A DNA stretch of 64,000 nucleotides from Candidatus Bathyarchaeia archaeon. Its GTDB lineage: Archaea; Thermoproteota; Bathyarchaeia; Bathyarchaeales; Bathycorpusculaceae. Below, piece by piece: positions 1-10,376 of this stretch. Numbering within the stretch: the stretch's first letter is position 1; each line of letters starts with the position of its first letter. Under the pieces are notes generated by a model that was not told where the DNA came from, ran no database searches, and worked only from the letters and a program-made list of their open reading frames with translations. A program made the translations under genes and the position numbers. The DNA lies in NCBI GenBank assembly GCA_050010755.1, contig JBEKKK010000003.1:96001-160000 (forward strand). Direction: 5' to 3'.

Positions 1-1798
1 GCGTCCACTCCAGCTAATCCAATTGATTCTTGGGTTATGGATTTCAGTCCGCCAGCCGGAACATTGTATTCGTATACAACTGGTCCAGGCACTGGCGGAG
101 CAGACGTAGTGTTTTCTTTTGGCCCCGTGGCTCCGCTTTTGACGATAGATTCAGGCAATTGGTCTTGCTACGTATACGTTTCAAACACCACAACTAGTTC
201 TATGATTTTGGATATAGGCGAAAGTACTGGTCAATTCGGTGAATTGTTTACAAGTCTCTGGACAGCCATTTTTTGGGCACCAAAAGCGGGCTGGAACACC
301 ATAACTTGGTCTGACTCTTCTTCACGAGTGGTTCATCCTGGGAATTACTTGGCAATTGATACTCGTCTAGCTAGTAATGGGTCAGTAACCTTCCCGCCCC
401 CGCCCCCTGGGTCAATAACATTGCTTTGGGATACTGATACTTACGATAGTCGTCTTGTTAGTCCGCCCGCGCAATCCGGTTCAACGTCTGTCATATGTTC
501 ACCAAACTCTGTTTCCCCCGGTTCGTCAGTCACCTGCACTGCTACCGTGTTAGGGTCTAACCCAACGGGAACGGTTACTTGGAGCACAAACAGCAGTACT
601 GGCTCCTTCTATTCTTCCATTTCCACTTTGTCCAGTGGAAGCTGTTCGACCAATTACGCTGACACCAGCGCCGGCAACGTAACGATAACGGCGAGCTACA
701 GTGGAGATCCAGATAATACCCCTAGCAGCGGCACGTGCGTGCTCCAAGTTATACAACATTACAATGTTACTTTTGGTCAGACAGGTGTTGGTTTGGACTT
801 CACTGGCCCAGTGTTGACGGTAGATGGAACGAACTACACTGCGAACGATCTTCCAACGTCGTTCTCATGGGACAACGGCTCAACCCACACCTTCACCTTC
901 CAGTCACCCCTAATCGCCGAGGCGAACGCTGAACAGTATGTTTGGGCAGGCACAAGCGGTTTGTCGGCTACGCAAAGCGGCTCCATAAACGTGACAACAG
1001 ACGGAAGCATTGTGGGAAGCTACGAGACTCAGTACAACGTAACGTTTGATAGTACAGGTGTTGGTTCTGACTTCACCGGGCCAATTGTAGTCATAGACGG
1101 ATCTAACTATAACGTCAGCGCCCTTCCAACTTCATTCTGGTATGACAGCGGCTCAACCCACAGCTTCGCATACCAGTCGCCACTAGTTGGCTCGTTAGCG
1201 TACTACGAGTGGAACTCTACAACAGGCCTGTCAACGCTGCAATCGGGTTCAATCACCATCACAGGCGCAGGAAACGTGACAGGCAACTACTTGATGCACG
1301 AACGAAATCACAGTTACGAACGTAACAGCCATCACTACGTGGGTCTACCAAGGATGGACACCCACGATCAACGTCACAGTCGAGAACGTCGGGGATTTCA
1401 ACGAATCCGCCGTGTCAGTCACCCTGTACTACGACGTAACAGCCGGCAAGAGCGTAAACACATACCCATTAACCTTGGGCCTCGGACAAAGCCTGACGCT
1501 AACATTCACATGGAACACTAATGGCGTACCCTGCCAAAACTACACACTGGCAGCAGTCGCAACAATACCCACAGGCTCGAACACACTCTCAGACGGAAAC
1601 ATATTTATCAGACTTCTGGGCGACGTAAATGGCGACGGAAGAGTCGACCTGAAAGATCTGGCGTTGGTGGCTCGCGCTTTGGGCTCCACTCCTGGCAGGC
1701 CAAACTGGAACCCAGCATGCGACTTTTACGGTGACGGCACAGTCAGCATGAAAGACTTGGCACTCGTAGCCAGAAACTTCGGACAACACTACCCCTAA
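1..1798 (+). pseudogene. Secreted multi-Ig-domain surface protein with C-terminal dockerin; 5'-truncated by the window and frameshifted at ~1291-1304
   Basis: Frame 1 is open from base 1. After GNYL, paralog-like sequence (EITVTNVTAITTWVYQG...GDVNGDGRVDLKD) continues in frame 2 from 1295 to the stop at 1798. Matches the C-termini of the dockerin proteins at 50-59 kb. Confidence 0.8.
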
Positions 1799-1870
1799 CC
1801 ACTTTTCCTAATTAACAGAAATCTTAAATCTGCACGCCAATAGAATAGGCTAAACAGGGTAAGTGTAAGA

Positions 1871-2110
1871 ATGAATAAGAAAACCTTACCATTAATTGGA
1901 TATGCGTTACTAATAATAGGAATTGTAATGCTTGTTCTAGGTTATTTTGAAACAGTATATGTTTTTGCTAGTGGTCTTGTGCTGTTTGTGATTGGTATAC
2001 TTTTGCTTCTTATTCCTCATGCTCTCAAGAATAGAGCTGACAACATTAGACGTGATGAGGACAAATTGGAACAAAAAGAAAAGCCTAACCATGCCGTACA
2101 AAGGCTCTAG
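1871..2110 (+). CDS. Small membrane protein (2 TM helices)
   Basis: 79-aa ORF with two hydrophobic segments and a charged tail; TATA-like CTTAAAT upstream. Confidence 0.7.
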   Translation: MNKKTLPLIGYALLIIGIVMLVLGYFETVYVFASGLVLFVIGILLLLIPHALKNRADNIRRDEDKLEQKEKPNHAVQRL

Positions 2111-2378
2111 TTAAGCTGAAAGAGGGTTCATCGCTCCATCAGTCATTGATGAGTCACTTTTCTTTGTTCTCTTACCATCCAAATCACCAAGTGTCTAAGT
2201 CTGTTCACGATTCTTTTACCGTCTGTTGATACTAAATAATGACAATCTGACCCGAATTAGCGCACGTAACGAATGTTGGAAAATGACGTTTCACCCTTGG
2301 AGTGCGACTCACCGCAAAGTATATCTCGGCAGCAAAGTGAATACAGCCTCCAAATCCATCGGACTTGAGTGAAACTCT

Positions 2379-3101
2379 ATGACCATAAAGGCCGTAATTT
2401 TCGATTTGGACGGAACTATTGCAGCCTTTAACCTCGATTACATGACAGTAAGGTCCGAAGTGAGAGGTTTGCTCCTAAGAGCTGGTGTACCGGCATCGGT
2501 TCTGTTCGTGAACGAAAGCATTTTTGACATGTTGAACAAAACTGAGATTTTCATGAGGAACACGGGTAAATCGGCGAGAGCCCTGAATAAGGTGCGCAGC
2601 GAAGCATTGGCGATAGCTGAGAGACACGAGTTGGAAGCAGCAAAGGTGACGAGCTTACTTCCAAACGTGGTTGAAACACTGAAAACTCTCAGAGAAATGC
2701 ACTTGAAAATCGGCCTCTGCACCGTCAACAGTGAAAAATCCGCAAACTTCATCCTGAAACGGTTCGGAATCGCCGATTTCTTTGACGCCGTAGTCCCACG
2801 CAACAAGGTTAAGCATGTCAAACCCAGCGGCGAACATCTACAGGCAGTTCTGAAAGCTTTGAAAGTGACTCCAAAAGAAGCGTTACTTGTGGGGGATGCA
2901 ACCCGCGACGTGGAATGCGCCAGAGAGTTGAAAGTGATGGCCGTCGGCCTGCCAACCGGAGTTTCAACCCAAAAACAACTGATGGATGCTGGAGCAAACT
3001 ATCTCATAACTTCAATCGCTGACCTGCCGAAGCTGGTCGAAACCATCAAACTATTGCCGAGACGAAAACTGAGAGAACACGCAGACTTACTATCAGGTTA
3101 A
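2379..3101 (+). CDS. HAD-superfamily hydrolase (phosphoglycolate-phosphatase-like)
   Basis: Motif I FDLDGT, the KP motif and motif IV VGD...D are present. Confidence 0.92.
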   Translation: MTIKAVIFDLDGTIAAFNLDYMTVRSEVRGLLLRAGVPASVLFVNESIFDMLNKTEIFMRNTGKSARALNKVRSEALAIAERHELEAAKVTSLLPNVVETLKTLREMHLKIGLCTVNSEKSANFILKRFGIADFFDAVVPRNKVKHVKPSGEHLQAVLKALKVTPKEALLVGDATRDVECARELKVMAVGLPTGVSTQKQLMDAGANYLITSIADLPKLVETIKLLPRRKLREHADLLSG

Positions 3102-3272
3102 GCGGGTTTGAAGCAAAGCCAGTGTCACCAAACGGTAACGATAATTGTCTCCCGCACAATCGCCTTTTTTTCTCTTTTGCTTTCTCATAGTCACGATTTC
3201 AATTGAACAGTCTTCCACAAGTCATAAGAACTGATTCAATTACTCGTAAACTATGCATAGAAGTGAAAATGG

Positions 3273-5378
3273 ATGAACAGAGTTGTTTTTGCTTCGCTCA
3301 TAATTCTGTGTTTGCTTTCCATATCCTCAATAACGGGGCTGGTACATTTAGCAAAGGCTGACGTTGGAACCATTTACATTTACGCTGACGGGAGCATAGG
3401 CCCGTCAACTGCTCCTATTTATTCGGCAGATAAAGTCACGTACACCTTAACGGGCAACATCAACGTCACCAGCGATACGGACGGAATTGACATCGAAAGA
3501 AGCAACATTGTTTTGGACGGGGCAGGTTACACCGTGAACGGAAGCGGATTGGCAGGAGGAATAAGGCTCACGGGCACGAACAACGTGACAGTAAGAAACA
3601 TGACGATAACAAACTTTGACATTGGAATCTCGCTTGACTCCGCTCCAGGCTTTGCCACAGTCTCAACAGGCAATTCTTCTGATAACAATGTTTTGTCTGG
3701 CAACAACATCACAAACAACGGACTGGGCATTGGGCTCGGTTCTGCTGATGATAACACTTTATCTGGCAACAACATCACGGCAAACTGGATCGTCGGCATC
3801 GAGCTCTTACAATCTGATAACAACACCTTGTCTGGCAACGTGATGGGTAACGAGCACAACCTTTGGGTCTCTGGCACTGTTCTTAGCGACTTTCTACAGT
3901 CTATTGACACTTCAAACCTCGTGAACGGCAAGCCAGTTTACTACTTCGTGAACCAGTCGAACATTATTGTAAACCCTGAGGCGTATCCAGAGGTCGGATA
4001 CTTGGGATTCGCCAACTGTGTCAACGTGACCGTGCAAGGAATGAACCTGACAAACAACGGTCAGGGACTCTTGCTCGCCTACACAAACGGCTCAGAAATC
4101 ACCGGCAACGACGCCACAAACAACTTTGAGAATGGCATCGACCTCGAATATTCTTCTAACAACACTTTGTCTGGCAACAATGTCACGGCAAACACCTTTG
4201 ATGGCATTGACGTCGAATATTCTTCTGGTAACGTTTTGTCTGGCAACAACGTTACAGCAAACAACTTTGGTGGTGGCATTTATCTCTACTCTTCTTCTAA
4301 AAGCACTTTGTCTGGCAACAACGTCACAAACAACTTTGATGGCATTGGGCTCGACTCTTCTTCTGATAACACTCTGTCCGGCAACAACGTCACGGCAAAC
4401 ACCTTTGAGGGCATTTATCTCCAATCTTCTTCTGAGAACACTTTGTCTGGCGACAACGTCACGGCAAACATCGAGTTTGGCATTTATCTTCAGTCTTCTC
4501 CTGGCAACACTTTATCGGGCAACGTGATGGTAGATAATAAATACAACTTTTACGTTGAGGGTTCTGCTTCTTTGGGTGACTGGTTCGAGTCGGTTGACAC
4601 TTCAAACCTCGTGGACGGTAAGCCAGTCTACTACTTCATGAACCAGTCGAACATTGCGGTAAACCCTGATGCGTATCCAGAGGTCGGGTACTTGGGCTTT
4701 GTCAACTGTGCCAACGTGACGGTGCAAGGAATGAACCTGACAAACAGCGGTCAGGGGGTTCAACTTGCGTTCACAAACGACTCAACAGTCACTAACAACA
4801 ACATTGCAAACAACTGGTACGGCATCTGGCTCTTTTCTTCTTCCAATAATAGCGTAAGCGGAAACAACATAACAGCAAGTGGAAACGTGGATATCTATCT
4901 GCAATATTATTCTTCTAACAACAGCATAAGCGGAAACAACATAACAGGCACGAAGGAGGGCATCGAACTCGATGACCTCTGCAACTATAATAGTGTTTTA
5001 GGCAACAACATAACCAACCATCAATTAGGCCTTGACATCTGGCTATCTTCAAACAACAATATCTATCAAAACGACCTTGTCAATAACAGCGGACAAGTCA
5101 TTTCTTACAACTCAACTAACGTTTGGGATAATGGGAGCGCGGGTAACTACTGGAGCGACTATCTCCCAAAGTATCCAAATGCCACTGAAACAGACGGCGT
5201 CTGGAACACGCCTTATGTAATCGACTCGAACAACACTGACTACTATCCGCTTACGGTTCCATATGCAACAGTTCCAGAGTTTCCGACGATTCAAGCCACG
5301 ATGCTTTTCATGCTGGCAACACTGCTGGCAGTAATAATCTACAAAAAGAAAGGCGTGAAAGCAAGAGCCCGTTCTTGA
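3273..5378 (+). CDS. Secreted right-handed beta-helix (NosD/CASH-like) protein with PEF-CTERM-like sorting signal
   Basis: Signal peptide, many GIxL..SxxNTLSGNNVTAN repeats and a GNYWSDY motif; C-terminal VPEF + TM helix + KKK. Confidence 0.9.
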   Translation: MNRVVFASLIILCLLSISSITGLVHLAKADVGTIYIYADGSIGPSTAPIYSADKVTYTLTGNINVTSDTDGIDIERSNIVLDGAGYTVNGSGLAGGIRLTGTNNVTVRNMTITNFDIGISLDSAPGFATVSTGNSSDNNVLSGNNITNNGLGIGLGSADDNTLSGNNITANWIVGIELLQSDNNTLSGNVMGNEHNLWVSGTVLSDFLQSIDTSNLVNGKPVYYFVNQSNIIVNPEAYPEVGYLGFANCVNVTVQGMNLTNNGQGLLLAYTNGSEITGNDATNNFENGIDLEYSSNNTLSGNNVTANTFDGIDVEYSSGNVLSGNNVTANNFGGGIYLYSSSKSTLSGNNVTNNFDGIGLDSSSDNTLSGNNVTANTFEGIYLQSSSENTLSGDNVTANIEFGIYLQSSPGNTLSGNVMVDNKYNFYVEGSASLGDWFESVDTSNLVDGKPVYYFMNQSNIAVNPDAYPEVGYLGFVNCANVTVQGMNLTNSGQGVQLAFTNDSTVTNNNIANNWYGIWLFSSSNNSVSGNNITASGNVDIYLQYYSSNNSISGNNITGTKEGIELDDLCNYNSVLGNNITNHQLGLDIWLSSNNNIYQNDLVNNSGQVISYNSTNVWDNGSAGNYWSDYLPKYPNATETDGVWNTPYVIDSNNTDYYPLTVPYATVPEFPTIQATMLFMLATLLAVIIYKKKGVKARARS

Positions 5379-5485
5379 CCGCGAGTAGCGCACGCTAGCA
5401 GGCTTTGAATATGTATACACAACCACAGAAAACATTATGTTGTCCTGAAAGAGGAAATAGAAAAATGCCAAGGTTTAAAGAAAAT

Positions 5486-5893
5486 TCACACGGGCTTGAA
5501 GCAGTATCTGGGCCACTGTGGCCATGGTTGGGCCGCGGCGCATGTTCCGAAATCCATCTTCAGTTCGACTCCTATCTTGATACTTTCTGGAGCCATGCCC
5601 TTGATTATTCCAGGGAGCCTCAACCCGTTTGCGAGTTGAACTATGCCCACAGGGTACGGGGCCATCGACTGGAACTGCGCCGGGGCAATGTGAATGATTG
5701 TGTAAGTTACTAGTTTTCCCGTGCAGGGGATTTCAGTCCATTCAAAGTCTTTTGAATAACAGTTGTCGCACAGGGGCCTTGGTGGAAGATGCACTTTTCC
5801 GCACTTCGTGCACTTGCCTGCTAACAGTTTTCCTTGGTTGATGTGTTTATAGAACTCTTCAATCGTGAAGCGTGCCTGTTCAGTCATTCTCAT
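5486..5893 (-). CDS. DUF35-type Zn-ribbon/OB-fold protein (thiolase partner)
   Basis: CxxC-x10-CxxC followed by GKLVTYT OB-fold; overlaps the thiolase stop. Confidence 0.9.
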   Translation of the reverse strand: MRMTEQARFTIEEFYKHINQGKLLAGKCTKCGKVHLPPRPLCDNCYSKDFEWTEIPCTGKLVTYTIIHIAPAQFQSMAPYPVGIVQLANGLRLPGIIKGMAPESIKIGVELKMDFGTCAAAQPWPQWPRYCFKPV

Positions 5894-7062
5894 CCTCTCC
5901 TGTAAACGTGAACTGTTGCTGTCGCCCCTGAGCCTCCCACGTTATGAGTCAAACCAATCGTTGCGTCTTTGACCTGCCTCTTCTCCGCTTGCCCAGTCAA
6001 CTGCAAGTAGATCTCATAAGCTTGGGCCGTGCCCGTAGCGCCCACGGGGTGACCTTTCGCTTTCAACCCTCCACTGGTGTTGACTGGTAATCTTCCTCCC
6101 AGCTTTGTTTCTACGTTCTCAACCAATGTCTTTCCTTGACCCGGTTTGCAGAAGCCGAGGTCCTCATAGGCGATGAGTTCGGCTATCGTGAAGCAATCGT
6201 GCACTTCAGCAACGTCAAGCTCTCCTGGAGTAATTTGCGCCATTTCATAGGCTTTTCCCGCAGCCACCTTGGCGGCTTCAATCGATGTGAGACTTTTTCT
6301 TTCATAAAGTCCTATAGTGTCACTCGCTTGGCCGCTTCCCACGATATCGACCCATGTGTCAGTGAATTTTCTTGCCAGTTCCGGCTTTGTCAAAATAAGG
6401 CAACTGGCTCCGTCAGTGATGAGGGAACAGTCGTACAGTTTCAGAGGCCATGCTACCGGCCGTGAGGATAGTGCAGTCTCGAGCGTTATTTCCTTCTGCA
6501 TGTGAGCTTTCGGGTTGAGGCTTCCGTGATAATGATTTTTCACGGCTATCATGGCAAGATGACGCTCCGTCGTACCGTACTCGTGCATGTGTGCAGTAGC
6601 CATCAGCGCATACAAACCGGGAAAAGTCATGCCGTTCCATTGCTCGAACGGAAAGTCCGAGGCCATTGCAAGATACTCTGTAACCTCGGCTGTGGGCAGA
6701 TGGGTCATTTTCTCAACACCCCCAACCATCACAACATCGCTGAGACCCGAACGCACCGCACAAATTGCGGTCCTCAAGGCTACGCCCGAAGAGGCGCAAG
6801 CTGCTTCAGTTCTCGTTGCCGGAACGTGCCCCAACCCTATCCAGTCCGCCATTGTGGCCCCAGTGTGCCCCTGATGCTCATATGATTCCCCCATGTGGCC
6901 CACGAAGAGGGCTTCGATGTCCTTTTTTGGATCTAGTTTGGGGCATCGGTCAAAAGCTTCCTTTGCCGCTTCAGCAAATATCTCTCTTGCATACAGTCCT
7001 TCAAGCTTCCCGAACTTTGAAAGACCCACAGAGACTATCGAAACCAGTGGTTGTCCCTTCAA
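5890..7062 (-). CDS. Thiolase (acetyl-CoA C-acyltransferase, archaeal/SCP2-type)
   Basis: EAACASSG catalytic Cys, EVHDCF, GHPVGATG. Confidence 0.93.
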   Translation of the reverse strand: MKGQPLVSIVSVGLSKFGKLEGLYAREIFAEAAKEAFDRCPKLDPKKDIEALFVGHMGESYEHQGHTGATMADWIGLGHVPATRTEAACASSGVALRTAICAVRSGLSDVVMVGGVEKMTHLPTAEVTEYLAMASDFPFEQWNGMTFPGLYALMATAHMHEYGTTERHLAMIAVKNHYHGSLNPKAHMQKEITLETALSSRPVAWPLKLYDCSLITDGASCLILTKPELARKFTDTWVDIVGSGQASDTIGLYERKSLTSIEAAKVAAGKAYEMAQITPGELDVAEVHDCFTIAELIAYEDLGFCKPGQGKTLVENVETKLGGRLPVNTSGGLKAKGHPVGATGTAQAYEIYLQLTGQAEKRQVKDATIGLTHNVGGSGATATVHVYRRG

Positions 7063-7222
7063 GAGTCATCCCCCATGTATTGGCAGCATTAAGCTGGAAA
7101 TCTGAGTAAAAGCTGAAACGTATATTTAAGCTTCTGCCGTCACCTTTCGCCTTTTGTTTTTTGGAAAAAGAATGTGAAGAATGCAACAAATATAGATCAG
7201 AAGATGGAAAATTGGTTGTTGA

Positions 7223-7912
7223 TTACTTCTTTTCTCCGAAGTTCTTTTTGACCCATACTCGTGTTTTGTCCATGTCTTCTCTGAAGCGTTTCAGTTCTTC
7301 TGGCGTTCTCTTGGGGGCTACTGGTTCTTCCGCTGGCGTGGCGAACACGTCTAGAAGGTCTCCTTTGGGTTGTTTGGATATGTTTATGTTGACTTTTAGG
7401 CCGATGTTGACTTTTTCAGGGTCTATTTCTCGCATGGTCATCGGCAAACAGGTGTTCGTGCCGTCGACTCTTACCATCGCTCCTACGAGTGGTTGCAGGT
7501 GTGCCATTGAGGGCCATGCAATCGTCATGATAGTGTAGGAGTGAACTTCTCCCTTCTTCGGAAGCTCGATCCATTTCGTCTCTTCAAGTCTACATTTGGG
7601 GTTGAAGCAATGAGCCCTTGGAGGGCAGTACACGAGCCCGCATTTTGGACACTTCGTTCCGTAGAGCTTTCCATCCAAGATTCCCATGAAGAACTGCGAT
7701 ACTTTGCCGTAGCTGTGGTGAAACAGGCTTCCATGCGGTCTGTGGACGATTAGAAACTTGTCAGGTTTCAGGCTGTTCAGCGTCGGTCCATCGTTCATCT
7801 CGATTATCTTCCAGCCTTCAGGTGTCCAGCCGCCCCTGCGTTCCCAGTCTGCCCAGTTCTTTTCGTCGATTTTCTTTTCTTTCAGAATCTTTTCGGGTCC
7901 AGGTTGCTTCAT
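7223..7912 (-). CDS. DUF35-type Zn-ribbon/OB-fold protein with N-terminal extension
   Basis: CPKC...HC-x4-C and GEVHSYT; directly downstream of the second thiolase. Confidence 0.85.
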   Translation of the reverse strand: MKQPGPEKILKEKKIDEKNWADWERRGGWTPEGWKIIEMNDGPTLNSLKPDKFLIVHRPHGSLFHHSYGKVSQFFMGILDGKLYGTKCPKCGLVYCPPRAHCFNPKCRLEETKWIELPKKGEVHSYTIMTIAWPSMAHLQPLVGAMVRVDGTNTCLPMTMREIDPEKVNIGLKVNINISKQPKGDLLDVFATPAEEPVAPKRTPEELKRFREDMDKTRVWVKKNFGEKK

Positions 7913-7915
7913 CTC

Positions 7916-9217
7916 TCACACCTCCAAGACCACGGCGCCTGCTTGGCATCCTGTGCCGCCGTGCCCGTGAATGAAGGCCTTCTTCGGGTTGTTTAGCTGC
8001 CTGTTCGGCGCACCCCACTTCTTCCCTATTTGGTTGCTGAGTTGCCAGTAGCTGTCGACGACTTGGGCAATAGACGTTGAGCCTACTGCATGCCCTTGAG
8101 CAGTGAGGGCTCCGCTGAGTTGGCAGGGAAGCTCCCCGCTAGGTTTGATCATGCCTTCGCGAACCATTTTCTTGCCCTCGCCTCTCTTGCAGAAATCGAA
8201 ATCCTCCAAGCCGGCTAGTATCACGCCTGCGTATGGGTCGAATATTTCCACGAAGCTTATTTCTTTAAGCGGGTTCTTGATGCCAGCGTCTTTGTAAGCC
8301 ATTCTTGCCGACACTTTCAGAGAGCCAAAGTTGAGCAGATCTGGATATGGTGACAATGGCTTTGGAACCGTTTTCGGCCATATCTTTTCGTCTTCTGGAT
8401 ACAAGCCTTTCCAGGCGGGGTTATCCGGTCGGTCTCCGGCTCTCATCGTGTCGCTGCCGAAACCCACACCTGTAATCCATATGGGGTTATCGGTGAGTTT
8501 TTTCGTCATCTCCTCATTAGCCAACAAAAGCGCAGATGCCCCTTCGCTCGTCATCGCACATTCATAATTTCGATACGGCCATGAAATCAACCGCGACTTG
8601 TACACGTCATCTACGGTGATTTTGGCGGAACCGTGCTGGGCGGGCCACTGGGCGTAAGGGTTTTCAAGAGAGTTGTTGTGGTTCATTGCAGAAACTTCTG
8701 CAAGGTCCTCTTCCCTATCCCCGTAAACGTGCATCCGCCTTGCTTCCATGGTTGCGTAGAAGGCGTTGTACGTGAAGCCAGAAACGAAGTCCCAGTCCGT
8801 GTCCCCGGCGATGGCAATCGCTTCGTTCACTTTCTGGATTGGCAGTTCATTCATTTTTTCCCAGCCAACCACGAGAACAACGGGAAACATTCCTGAACGT
8901 ACCCACAAAGCCGCGTTCACTATAGCATCTATCGGAGTTGCTCCTCCGCCCTCGACCCTGTACGAAGCAACGCCGCTCAAGCCCAAGTAGTCGTTGATTA
9001 TCCATTGCATGCACTGCTGCTGCTCAAGAATATCGCTGAAATACGAGTAGCAACACGCGTAACCTTTCTTGAGGAAATCACCGAGTTCCAACTCTGGAAC
9101 GTCGTCAAGTATCATCTTCACGGCCTCTGCACACATCTCCTCTTGCAGCGTGTGCCTAGGAAGGTCAAACCGAGAAATACCGCCCGCAACTATCCCGACT
9201 TTCTTCAAGATCTCCAC
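7916..9217 (-). CDS. Thiolase-family protein lacking the catalytic Cys
   Basis: Thiolase fold motifs (VGWEKM, NPYAQ, GHAVGST), but EGGGAT replaces EAACAS and EIFDPY replaces EVHDCF. Confidence 0.88.
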   Translation of the reverse strand: MEILKKVGIVAGGISRFDLPRHTLQEEMCAEAVKMILDDVPELELGDFLKKGYACCYSYFSDILEQQQCMQWIINDYLGLSGVASYRVEGGGATPIDAIVNAALWVRSGMFPVVLVVGWEKMNELPIQKVNEAIAIAGDTDWDFVSGFTYNAFYATMEARRMHVYGDREEDLAEVSAMNHNNSLENPYAQWPAQHGSAKITVDDVYKSRLISWPYRNYECAMTSEGASALLLANEEMTKKLTDNPIWITGVGFGSDTMRAGDRPDNPAWKGLYPEDEKIWPKTVPKPLSPYPDLLNFGSLKVSARMAYKDAGIKNPLKEISFVEIFDPYAGVILAGLEDFDFCKRGEGKKMVREGMIKPSGELPCQLSGALTAQGHAVGSTSIAQVVDSYWQLSNQIGKKWGAPNRQLNNPKKAFIHGHGGTGCQAGAVVLEV

Positions 9218-9396
9218 CCCAAATTTAAGACGATGTTAGTGCGATTCAAGAACTATAATACATTTACTATCGACGAACCCTTTTCCTGTACATGTTCGGC
9301 GCGCTCATCAACGTCTTTTCGCGCACATGATCAACACGCATAAAGATTAAATTCTGCCAGCAGTTCAATACGAGTTGCAAGTTGCCCGGAAATTGA

Positions 9397-10014
9397 TTGG
9401 AAATGAGCTTTTTCAAATGGTTGTCGAACAAACTCAATCCCCCTCGAGCAAGGATTGCCCTCGGAACTCAGAAGAATGAATATGCGCTTGGAGAAGAAGT
9501 GAAAGGAGACTTTCAAATCGTTTCTGAAGAAGAGTTCGAGGTAGAACAAATAGCCGTGAATTTGTCGTGCTGGGAGAATCTGAAGAAAACGCGCACAGTT
9601 TCCACTCAGGTCGGCAACACTCAAAAGCATAGACAAGAGGAATACTGGGATCAAGCTAAATTGTATTCAGACCAGTTTGTCGTCTGCAATGTTGCACGAA
9701 TACCTCAGGGTTTCAGCGCCAAGTACCCATTCACTCTGAAAATACCAACAGTTGCGAGAGAAACATACTACAGCGTTGACAACAACGTGAAATGGTGGAT
9801 GCAGGCAACCGTGAGAGTCAGAGGACGACCAAGCGTAGAAACAGAAAAACGCGAAATCCTAGTTGCAAAACAACAGACCCCTCCTCCGCCTCCACAGATG
9901 ATTTCAAAAGAGACCATCCGAGAAGTGGTTCTGATACCATGCGCATACTGCGGCGGACTCATGCCCCAGACTTCGCTCTTCTGTCCGAACTGTGGAGCAA
10001 GAAGAAGAGTCTGA
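9397..10014 (+). CDS. Arrestin-fold/SpoOM-like protein with C-terminal zinc ribbon
   Basis: Beta-sandwich pattern (YALGEEVKG...YPFTLKIP...NVKWW), Pro linker, CAYCG...CPNCG. Confidence 0.75.
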   Translation: MEMSFFKWLSNKLNPPRARIALGTQKNEYALGEEVKGDFQIVSEEEFEVEQIAVNLSCWENLKKTRTVSTQVGNTQKHRQEEYWDQAKLYSDQFVVCNVARIPQGFSAKYPFTLKIPTVARETYYSVDNNVKWWMQATVRVRGRPSVETEKREILVAKQQTPPPPPQMISKETIREVVLIPCAYCGGLMPQTSLFCPNCGARRRV

Positions 10015-10376
10015 CGAAGCGCATCAACTCCAAGAACACTTTAAAAACCCCATACACAATCCGCTGCCTGGACCTGCGCCTGAACGGGTTTAAGCTTCTA
10101 GGGACTCATACCCAAATGGGTTCAAGTCCCTTTGTTTCCTTTGCAAAAAGTGGGGCTACCCGTCCCCATACCTAAACGGGTTCAAAACCTTGGTTTTTTG
10201 ATCAATCGTTAGTTCATGCACGCAGCCGACCGGACACTGTTAACTAAAGGGAACACCGAAAAAACTCTCTAAGATCCAAGAATTTTTCAGTTGGAAGGCC
10301 AGTTCAACATGATAATAACGGGTTTAACAAGTTTTAATAGCAACGCACTGACATTTTCAACCGTTGCATTCAAGTC

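Noticed and set aside
4110-4530. DNA-level tandem repeats, also at ~62.7-63.2 kb
   Set aside because: They encode beta-helix coils. No reverse transcriptase or adenine-specific variation pattern suggesting a DGR.
10101-10130. tRNA-like T-arm GGGTTCAAGTCCC
   Set aside because: No acceptor, D or anticodon arms could be built around it.
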